From assembly GCA_964304625.1 (NCBI GenBank), contig OZ199839.1, forward strand, positions 8,340,560-8,404,559: a stretch of DNA of 64,000 bases, given 5' to 3'. Of this stretch, positions 12,638 through 22,976 are shown one piece after another (positions within the stretch are counted from its first letter, which is position 1; each line of letters opens with the position of its first letter). This DNA comes from Kudoa neothunni. Lineage: Eukaryota; Animalia; Cnidaria. Below the pieces are notes generated by a model that saw only the letters and a list, made by a program, of their open reading frames with translations, did not search any database and was not told where the DNA came from. The translations under genes were made by a program, and so were the position numbers.

Positions 12638-15623
12638 CTCCATTTTTGTTTAAATCGTCAATATAACCTCTCTTTTAATATGACGATATCTTCAATTAAA
12701 CAATAATTTTTAATATTGAATAAAATAGGACGTGTATTAATTATATAAAATCTAACTAACACATAATCTATGATCTGATAAACTTTGAAGTTAAAAATGG
12801 ATTAACAATTCATATTCTACCTATGAATCAATTTTCATATGGAATTTTTTCCCCTTACTAACTTAATAATGATAGGTATCATAAATAATTTTTAGGTAAT
12901 AAATCTCGGTTCGTGTTAATTCACTATAAATGCACATATCACATATGTTAAGGAGGAGTTTATAACTACTAATAAAATGGTCTAAACTACAAAATCATGA
13001 CATCTTTATAATTATTCATGATAATAATTACTAATCGACCTTATTAGGATGTAAACATTGTTTTAAATACTAAATGAAATAGTATTAATTCTCCACGGTA
13101 CACTTGATAGTTGTTGATTTGGATTTACCAAATAAAATTCAAAAATCACTAAATCAACCATAAACAAAATAAAAGATTATATTATTAATTTAAGAAAATT
13201 TGTTAGATTTTAATTAATTATTTATTATCGTCTACAGCTCAGCTTTTGGAGTATTTTGTTTTAATAGGTATCTTTGGACTATTAGAAAAAATACTCTAAT
13301 ACTTCGAATTAAACCATAGTTATAGTTAAAATAAAAATTAAGTTAATCTTTTAACAAACTTGGATGCATTACATCCCAAATAGACTATAATCCCTATATA
13401 AAAATTTTGCACTTTCTTTTAAAATAATTGACATTTTCGTTATTCTCCAAAATAAATAATATATACCAATATTAAAAGTTTGAAAAAAAATAATCATGAG
13501 TAGGTGGTGAACAAAAAATTTATCATCAAACGAACTTTAAGATAAAAATAATCTTTGATTTTGTTGTAATCGTTGTATTCAAAAAATTTCTACGAAGTGA
13601 CTCTGAGAGTAAAAACATATTTTTTCGATGGTTTTTTATAGAAAAATGGTAATTATTACAATAAGTAATTTTAAATAATTTGACTTAATTATCGTAGGAA
13701 ATAATTTGTGGAATATAGATAAATAGTAACCGTTGTCACGATGGCTGTAGACGCTCAAAACGCGGATTAACGTTTCTTAACCCCCTTTTATTCCGAAATT
13801 TTTTGTTTGCACTCTGAAAATAATATATTACATATAAATTGTTAGTTATAAAGAATTAAAAAGTTAAAATGTCATAAAATTTTGTATCAGTTAGTATCAT
13901 TAAATTGCTAGAATAAATGATAATAAAATAAAAATCTTATTCGTATGTGTCATAAACATGTAAATTTTGACAACATCTATGAAATGCATTGCAAACATAT
14001 TTTGAATCATATCTGTAAACAACGGATTAATACGATCAATGTGCTCATATCGAACAATTGCAACATAAATGAACGTCAAATTTGGTGTCAATTTCTCATG
14101 TTCGAAACTATTCGGTATCAAAATCTTTAATTTTAAACTTGTAAAAAAATATAATTAGATAGAATCTTAGCATAAATATTTTATCTTGGAGTAGATTTAT
14201 TATATAATTATAAATAATGCCAATAATAATTTGTTTGATTATAATATTTTTGGATCGATTTAAACCGTCAATTTTTATTAGGGAGGTTGGATGTTTATTA
14301 TTTAAAATAAATTTTTTCCGAATCCTGCAAGTTAAAGTTACCTAAAAAAACCAAACCTTATGCAGAAACATATTGCACTACTGAAACATCGTTCAATGAT
14401 AGAATCGTTAAAACATGCCTCTACTGGCCCCTTTTGTTATTTATATATAGATCGTAAAAATAAAGAATAAAGATTTATCTTGTTACAGCTGTAGTGGTGT
14501 ATGATGGATTACTATTTTAACTAATAGATAGTTACATAAGACCTAGAAGTTTTTCCAAAAAATATTGTCCTACAGCATGTTCACTTTCTAGTGCTAAAAC
14601 TTTTGTTGATAAGCACTTTCTTACATTTGTTGTAAAAAAATATTTTGGCAACGGCCCATCTTTCCGACAATTTTTATGGATTTTTTAAACTTACCGCTGT
14701 CTTCAATTGCAGTAAAAAATTTGTAGAGAGATTAGGCGTGTTTTTTCATGGGAGATAATATTTCCTTCGAAAGAAATAATCTCTATGGTACCATAATTAT
14801 ATTAAAATGGTGAAATTAATTATAATTTTATTGCATTCTGTGTAATGTTAACTTGTGTTTTTTGCATCATAGGTGTGTTTGTGTAGATCTGTGTATAATC
14901 TCTTTATACGTAAAAGTGTCGAAAAACTACATTTATTTAAAATCGTCGAGAATTCCGTGTCCTAATTACATATAACAATAATTCTTCTATAACTTTTTCT
15001 AATTAATTTCCTAACTTTTTAAATAAATGATAATAATCCAAGAGGGCTCGTATGTAATGTAATGTAATGAGTCGGAGAATGGAGTCTCATTATGTGGCAT
15101 CCCTGTTTTACGTACGAGACATATTTTTTATTTTTATTTGTTTGGATAACTAAGAGTATTTTCTATATTATAAATGATAATTAAAACGTTAAAACATGGT
15201 TTAGTCTAAAATGGCGATTACAAATAGACCCTATTGCACTATGTATATTCTATTATATTTCCAATAAAATAAAATCCAGAAATTTTTCCCACATTATTGG
15301 GCTGGCTGTGTACATTTTCGCCTAAATTTTCATTGTTCTACAAAATCAATTTATCATTTAAAATTACTGTCATTATATAGTTTATAATATTTTTAAATTT
15401 TTAAAATCTAAAATGGATAAATAATTGACTGTTCTAAAAAATAATTCTTATTTTACAAATAGCCTTTTTAACGTCTTCAGTCACGGATTATCTAGAGCAA
15501 TACACGAAAACTTCAGGTAAATTCTCAACTGAGATTTTTGTTATAAAAATTTTACAATCTCTATAATCTATCTATTATAGAAAACTTTGTTTTCTTCGTC
15601 AACGGAACTGTCCGAACGATTAT

Positions 15624-16007
15624 ATGGAAAGTTCAGAAACTTTTTCGGATACTTATTTCTCATCAACATCAACATCAATATCAATATCAATATCAACATC
15701 AACATCAACATCAATATCAACATCAACATCAACATCAATATCAACATCAACATCACACATCAATATCAACATCAACATCAACATCAATATCAATTTTGAT
15801 ACCTCAAAGAGTTGGGAAATTGTTACAACTGCTTATGCTCCATTAAAATTTATCAATCCCACGCAAAAGATTTCCCCCAAAAATGATGGCAAAGTCATAA
15901 CCTGCGTTTTGTTAGGTGTTTTCATCCTAATGTTGTTGTTTGTCGTAATAATGTGGAGGAACTGCTTCTGCTGCAGGAGATGCTATAATACAGTTATATT
16001 AACATAA
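15624..16007 (+). CDS. Possible 3' exon of a small mucin-like type-I membrane protein
   Basis: Ser/Thr-rich repeat, then hydrophobic VITCVLLGVFILMLLFVVIMW and a Cys-rich tail RNCFCCRRC. A candidate intron lies at 15517-15580. No convincing start or signal exon found. Confidence 0.4.
   Translation: MESSETFSDTYFSSTSTSISISISTSTSTSISTSTSTSISTSTSHININININININFDTSKSWEIVTTAYAPLKFINPTQKISPKNDGKVITCVLLGVFILMLLFVVIMWRNCFCCRRCYNTVILT
15661..15793. repeat. Hexamer microsatellite (CATCAA/TATCAA)n
   Basis: About 22 units, with a one-base slip (CATCACACATC) near 15755. Confidence 0.95.
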
Positions 16008-16829
16008 AGAAGCCGAACTTTGAATTCCTGTCTACACTGAATTACTCATTTTTATGGCACCTAATTATCTGTTAGTTTGATTATTGGCAATATTTTATTT
16101 CTATTTGTATAGCTTTTCTGCATCTATTTGATATTCATAAAAACTGTCTTTAAATTGACTTACAATATGTGGAATTTGGATCAATCATTAAACTTTTCAA
16201 CTCAAATGATGCAACATTACGTTACGCTATTTGTATTAACTTATTTCAAATAAAAAATCAATATATAATGAAAAATATTTGTCGATATTTTCATTGAATT
16301 TAAACTGTTATAGTAGATTCTCAATGTGGCGTAACTCATTGGAACCAACGAAAGAATATTCATTACATTGCTTAACGCATGCGTGAGCGAGATGATAACG
16401 ATTCGAAACCCTATTTAAACAATTTCTTTTTATTTAAATCGTTAAATTTATTTTAGATTACTTGAATTGCAAGTATGAATATGAATGTGATTACTTTTAC
16501 ATCAATCAAATAAAATTTTTGTTCAATTCTCATTTCGACATTTTAATAAAAATGTTGGAGATATATAAATAATAAACTTCAAATTAGATGACTGATTTTA
16601 TAATATATCCTTATTGAATTTCAAATGTAAAGGGACCCAATTTAAAAGATTTACACGATAAGGTGAATGCGTGCTAATTTAAATTTTTTCATTATAAAAA
16701 TGTTAAAAAATAAATACAGCAAAGCAACCAAAATTTTTTATGTAAATCTAAAGAGAAAATAATTCTCATAATTAACCAAAGCTGTAAAAAATGTCTTTGG
16801 TTGTAAGAAGCCGCGCGCAATAAATTCAA

Positions 16830-17482
16830 ATGTCATTCCTTAAACCTTTACGTAACATAGAATACGGTAGCAAATATGATTTGGTAGTGGGGTTATGTGA
16901 ATGAGGTGAGGGCGAGCAAAAATGTTATTTCGGGTTACAGCCAACTCGATGGTATTACACAATTTGTATAAAGTGTACCAAAATAAAAAATCATACATTT
17001 TGGGCTCACTACGAACCGGACAGTCGAATTAAAACGGGTGCCATTGTTTTGGTTAAACGAAAACCAAAAGAATACACTAATTATGCCCAGCGATTTTTCG
17101 TCGATGGTCTCATTGACGACTATAATGACTGGGTTGAAAATCGATTGATCGCGGATAGCAACCAAGATCTTGCAAAAATAACCGATCAGCAAAAAATTTC
17201 CTGTCCGATTCTATTTCCCTCCACCCCATCATGGCTGAAAACACAGTCTGTCGATATACGTCCCGAATTTTATAAAGTAACCAGGAACATATGGAATATG
17301 GATGTCTAACGCATTTTTCTATTTGTAGAATAATCAGGTGGACTTTTTCCTTTAAAGATATTGGAAGAAACAATCGACGAGATTAGTCAAAACTATAGTC
17401 CCTCCTGTGTTTTCCAAAGAAACCTCAATCACTGTGGATAACACGTCGTTGTCGACTTCTAATGAAAAATTTTAGATGTTGA
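16830..17482 (+). CDS. MRPS17: Mitochondrial ribosomal protein uS17m-like, frameshifted in this assembly
   Basis: Removing one base at each of ~16890, ~16930 and ~16981 gives MSFLKPLRNIEYGSKYDLVVGYVNEVRASKNVIRVTANSMVLHNLYKVYQIKNHTFWAHYEPDSRIKTGAIVLVKRKPKEYTNYAQRFFVDGLI. This follows the uS17 pattern (VVG.V...K.V.V...H..Y......AH......G..V......F.V..I). Intron ~17277-17328; the 3' end is uncertain. Confidence 0.65.
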
Positions 17483-17653
17483 ATTATTTTGTATTTATTA
17501 CTTCTATTTTTTTAAATCATCAGTTTGTTTTTAATTTATACAATATTTAAATTTTCACGATTTAAAATTATATTTTATACAATTGCAGTCAACATTCGTT
17601 ATCGTAATATGCGCACCTGTATAAAAGCAAAAAAAATACAATTAAACTATCTC

Positions 17654-18203
17654 TCAGAGCCTGGACAATATGGCGTAGTGTTGGGTCGAGATCGCATACC
17701 CTGAAGTTGCAAGTTCGAAGCCTAGTCCAGGCGTTCTTATACTCCTAATCCGAAATTAATTAGGAAGACTGTTATAATCTGATTTAATCGAAAGGATCTA
17801 CGATTTAGCGTGCCCTTGCTTAGTTACAGCTGGGAGGGGAACCTGACGGAGGGGTAGAACTCGAGCGCTCATGAACGCGCAGGGGTACAGGGAACGAAAT
17901 ACAACCCCGTAGAAGTTAGGAGGTGGAGTAGCAGGGAGTTTCCGTAGAGCCGACACCCGCATTCAGACAACTTTCCCAGACTAATTCTGGGTTAGTCCAG
18001 AGTGTATTGTTGGGGTGGTGGTTGCTCCGAAACGGGGGATGTTCAGTGGGTTAAAATTACTCACTACCGCATAAACACTAACTCGCCTTAATCTTAATAT
18101 GACGCTGCGGTGCCTACACCTACAACATGAATGGAGAAGGCCTAACCAGCCCGAACTTCCCAATCTAACAAGTTGCGTCAGGGGTTTGACCTTGTAAACA
18201 AAA
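17654..18203 (+). mobile_element. tRNA-derived SINE-like element, GC-rich and structured
   Basis: Head 17659-17732 has an 8-bp closing stem GCCTGGAC/GTCCAGGC, an A box TGGCGTAGTG and a B box GTTCGAAGCC. The 3' end is A-rich. A 14-bp TSD AATT(A/G)AACTATCTC lies at 17640-17653 and 18204-18217. Confidence 0.85.
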
Positions 18204-18605
18204 AATTGAACTATCTCCTTTTGAAATAATCAATTATTACGTTGTTTTGTCATTATATATATAATAATGTCTGAAATTATGTTCATAAACAAGCTTCGAT
18301 TCTCTGTCTGACGGATTTGCGTAGTAAATAGCTTGGGTGGGATTTTGGATAAGGAATTTTTGGGTTTTCCAACATATAAACAATACTTTTTTTAAGTATT
18401 GTTTTTAATATTTTGGCTCAACCAGGGTTATCTGGTGTTTGATATACCATTCCACTTTCTGGTTTAATTTCAATATTTAAATGCTCGCTTGTTATCTCAT
18501 TGCCCTTAAATGAGATAACTATATTGTTCTTCAAATTCACCTTTATCATTACAGCTAATTTCATTGGTGTACTCAAATTCTCATCCTCCGTTTAACCCTC
18601 TAGTG

Positions 18606-18785
18606 CAGCGCTTCCCAACTAAAACTGGACTCGCATCCCCATTTTTTGACAAAACGAAATTTGTACCCCTTGCATTCGATAAGGTGTAACTGACTTAAAA
18701 TTTATCAAAAATTATTTTCCAATTTTATCAGATCTCGCACCACCTGAGACCAAAGTTCGCATCCCCTAAGGTGCAGGCACCCCTG
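18606..18785 (+). mobile_element. hAT-type MITE, 3'-truncated copy of the family at 26343-26537
   Basis: Starts CAGCGCTTCCCAAC after the target CTCTAGTG. Colinear, high-identity match to 26343-26523. Confidence 0.85.
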
Positions 18786-20075
18786 ATCTTGAGTAAGAAG
18801 GGCTGCAACCATATACTGTGCAGCATCGCTCGTAGGTAATGGTACGGAGTGAATACACATGTACGTAGAATCGATGCATTACGCAAGATAGATGTTTTTC
18901 ATATTTACGATAATTAAAATTATTAAAAAAAAAATTAATTTAGTTTAGTTTAGTTAAAACCTTAAAATAACATCTTTTATGTCACTATGTCACTGAACCA
19001 ATTGTAATAAAATATAAGTTAAGTACTACGAACGAGCACATTACGTACGAGCGACGCTCCACTGTATTTGAAAGACTTAATAATGCGCCTACTTGTGCCT
19101 AAATCGAAAACCATATTTTTCCTATAAATATCTATAATTTTGTAGAAAACGCATAATAAAATTTGTTGTTGGTGTGGAATTTGTGTGGAGAATAACTTAA
19201 ATCTCAACTAACGAAATCATGAAATCATGTGACCATATGAATTATTTAAATGATTATACCTATTTGCATCTTTAGTTCCATTTTTTGACTTTCATAGATT
19301 CGATAAAAACAATAAGTAGATATAATTTTTGCTTTACGACGTTATTAATTTTAAATGATGATTATGATTATTGTCTTTATATTTTTGGATTCTGTAATAA
19401 GAATTTGTCTTTAATTGTTATTAGAAAATTAAAATATATTTAAATCCGAAGAATAATTTTTTTTCTTCTTCTTATTATATAAGTTTAGCAATATAATTCC
19501 TGATTCTAATTTCTAGAGAGTAAGTTTTCTTACTCCTAAGTTATTGTAATTTTCAAGTGTTTATACAATAAAATCCTTTTCCTTTTTACTTAGATAATTT
19601 ATTTTATCTTGATGTTTCTTATATTTAGAAGCATAAATATTGATTCAAGGTCTACACATGTCTTTAAAACGATCCAGGGGGATTTTTGCGGTTAAACCCA
19701 TTTTTAGCCAAATAGATTTTTCAAATTTAGAAAACTAAATTAAAAATTTTCAATTATATTTTATAGACTTAATTTATTTTTATCATCTTATGTCAAAATA
19801 TTTTGTAGGTTATAAAACAAATCTTAAATGACAGCAGTAAACTAAGAAACTGACTAAGTGGGCCAAAAATATATCGTCACTTAAAATATTTATACATATT
19901 ATTTTTTTAATATTTATAGATAAATATTTCTCTGATTTTTTTATTTTAATGATTTGACAGAAATAAGTTAATACCGAAAGCGGATTTCTTATGTAATGCA
20001 TATAATTCATAGAAAATAATAATTGAGCTGACTTGAATAGACCGATAATTTTCGTTAAGGATTATTTCAATTAAA

Positions 20076-22976
20076 ATGAAGGATGTTTTATACTCTACGG
20101 GAATATTTTTTACCTTTATTTGTAAAATTTTCAATTTTTGAAAGTTTTTAACCTAAATTAGTGAAAGTTGTACTGCTCGAGACAACACAAACACCAAACT
20201 CTCTCACCTATAAATTGATGAAAGATGGTAATGACATGAAAGTTCATTTAATGCTGAGTGGAGGCGTATACGTCTCGACTAATCACTGCTATATAAAAAA
20301 ATCAAACGATGATAATAATGATTTTACAGATATCGATTCTTGCCCAAATTCTAGCCAAAGTAGCACATCTGGCCAATGTGTCGTCCTTTGCAACAAAGAG
20401 GATAACAAATTTACTTACGATAAATTTTCACCAAGAACCAAGTATGTCGGAGTTTATTTCTCAAATGATGCTGGGGCAGCTGTTGCAAAAACTACAGACG
20501 CGACAGTTTTTGGTTTTGACATACGTAATTGTTTTGTACGTAAGTTTTTTTATCAAATCTTATAGCTCTACTCGTGAATCCACAAGTCACCATAACAACA
20601 AATCAACAAAAATTAAAATTAAGCACAAAAACATGTAAAAAAGTTGCATGTCCAATTTATTATAAGGATGTCCAATATGTTGACGGAGCGGGCGGATCTA
20701 CTTGTGTTGATGATAACACAAATAATGAAGTAGAATTTAATTTAATGATACCATATTATGAAATGAAATGCGAAAGTTATCCAAGTTTCTTTTATAAGCT
20801 GCAAAATCAGTACACGTTATTAAAAACAGACGTTTATATACCACAGTACTATGTGAAATTTAATCATGCAGAAAAAAATAAATACCTACTTAAATTCACA
20901 AATAAATTTCCTTTCGAAATTTGTCGATTTGGTATAAAATTAGAATCAACTACAATTTCAGCAGAAAGTGTCAATGATTATACTTCAAATTGTGGAGGAA
21001 CAGGCAAAGAATGTTATGCACCTTGTGATAATGTAGAACTCAATTTCGTGAAATCTACATCAGTTGTAGAAATATTGATACAATCAAGACATTTTCCTCT
21101 AAGAAAGATAGGGGACAAGTATTATGGATACACACAAAAGAAATTTGGTAATTATAGTAATTATAATTTAATAACATTTTTTAGTTGTTAGTGAAACTAT
21201 TGGTGCAACTGGTGCCTCCGAATTATTATCGGCTCACTCTGCTACTGGTGTTACATTAAATGTTAAATTATTTAATCCGGATAATAAACCAAAATTTACG
21301 TCTTGTACTATAAGTTATTACGCTGCGGACAAACCCTTCCTGAACCTGCTGTCGCTAATACTAGGGCGAAATGTGCAACTGTAGATCAGGATTGCCTTAC
21401 AACTTGTGCTGGAACCTTAACAATATCCCAACTTGACGGAGGAAAACCTTATATTCTTGAAATTGTAGCCGCGGCGGACGGTTCTAACAATGATGTCCCT
21501 GCTAATTTTAAAGAGCATATATTCTTTAGAACAAGTATGCTTAATAAAGTTGATAAAATTTATAAGATATTTAGGTAATGCTGTCGGATCAACATTCCCC
21601 GATGTAACACCCACAATGAAGGATACCTCACTCTCCATCCAAGCACTGACTGATTCAGGAGCCATTTCTAAAACTGATGTTACCTGCGCGTATTACCTTA
21701 GTCCCCGCGGAAAGGATGTATATGTTTGTGCAATGTGTGTGGGCAGTTATCCTTGCAGAGGATATTGTAAGGAACCTCAACATATTGTGGGCCTAACTCC
21801 AGGAACAGAGTATGACCTCAAGGTTGTTGCGCACGAAAAGTATGGATTCAAAGTTCATCAAATTGCAACCGGTATTAAGTTGTTTAAATAAATTTAAATA
21901 ATTAAATTCTAAGGAATGTCAACACTCACACTTGAGCATCAATTTTTGGACAAGGGTTTCAAAGTAATGGGCTCGTTGACTTCTCCCTATCCTGGTGCTG
22001 TGTGTCAATACAAAGTAATGGTAAAGAAGGGCGAAACTTTTAATAAGTTGTACGAGTGCCCAACGCCAACTTCAACTGGAAGCACTGGAAAATCTGTTCT
22101 CAAATCAGCACTTTCCAAAATTGGAGTAGCTAGATCAGCAGACAAACAATCAGCTGGCAGAAAGGTCGCAGCTATTGATGTTAAAATCCCACCTTGCCAA
22201 ACATTACCCTTATGCAGTAGTATCATATTTAATGAAGGATACGAAGCAGAAAAAGAATATCGGGTTTTAGTGACCGCTGTAGGCAGGTCTGATGAAACCT
22301 CAATAAATATACCTAAAAGTAAATTTTCTCACAAAAATACATAAAAGAAAAGAATTATTTATATTATTAAATCTTATCTATTGATGTTATATTGAGTTTT
22401 ATTCTAGACCCACTTCCTACAGCTTCGAGCGATCCTAAAAAACAAATAATGGTGGTGATCACACGCGATAAAAAAACCTTAAATGTCAAAACCACTTTGC
22501 CCCAAGGTTTGGATGAAAATTCTTTATGCAAGTGGAAATTATCAAACTCTGAAGATTCAGCCAATCCAATTGTTAAAAAATGCATGGTTGTTGGTGAAGG
22601 TTGTACAAAGTTTCCTCCTTGCAAAGAATTCGCCATTGATGGAGTTGAAGACATTAACAATTATCACTTAGCTGTATTCCTTAGTGTAGATGCCAGTATC
22701 CTTGGAATTGGTGAAATTAACAGAGGTAAAAATTCAGTGTTTCGTTGAATTATAATAACAATAAAGTATTATAGGTGAAACATCAAACAAATCAGTGTAA
22801 GTTGAAATACGTGAGTATTATTTCTGTATTATTTTTAGATCTAAAAATACAATGTATTGAAACATGGAATTATTGTTTTAATTTTGAAATTTAGAGTTAT
22901 TGCGGTTGTAGTCCCAGTTGCTATCGTTGTCATTGGAATGGGAATTTATTTTGGATACTTAAAAAATCGGAATTAA
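20076..22976 (+). CDS. Type-I membrane protein with ~7 Cys-containing fibronectin type III-like domains (~800 aa; one frameshift at ~21333)
   Basis: The signal exon MKDVLYSTGIFFTFI splices to the ORFs at 20161-22748 through short GT-AG introns. FN3 tyrosine-corner motifs: GLTPGTEYDLKVVA, QLDGGKPYILEIVA, GYEAEKEYRVLVTA, KFSPRTKYVG. Terminal TM VIAVVVPVAIVVIGMGIYFGYL, tail KNRN, stop at 22974-22976. Confidence 0.8.

Larger units (their letters stand above)
3685..12690 (+). repeat. Direct tandem duplication: ~3685-5910 is paralogous to ~8240-12690 (excluding the insertion), including ~370 bp of upstream sequence
   Basis: Shared non-coding blocks such as TTATCTAGATA, AAACTTCT, CTTAATAAACTTTTCA and CCAAAATTTATTTATATT upstream of both ATGs, and ACGATATC downstream of both stops. 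Confidence 0.9.

Noticed and set aside
15568-15799. ORFs MLMLIL... and ININ...HQ
   Set aside because: Alternate frames of the hexamer microsatellite.
17659-17732. Functional tRNA (including tRNA-Sec)
   Set aside because: The D, anticodon and T arms do not fold canonically, there is no nearby T-run terminator, and it is the head of a TSD-flanked insertion.
17820-17980. Bona fide RNase P RNA or hammerhead ribozyme
   Set aside because: No proper CR-I (GGAA..UCUG) to complete P4, and no CUGANGA core (the sequence is CTGACGG). Kept only as a hypothesis in findings.
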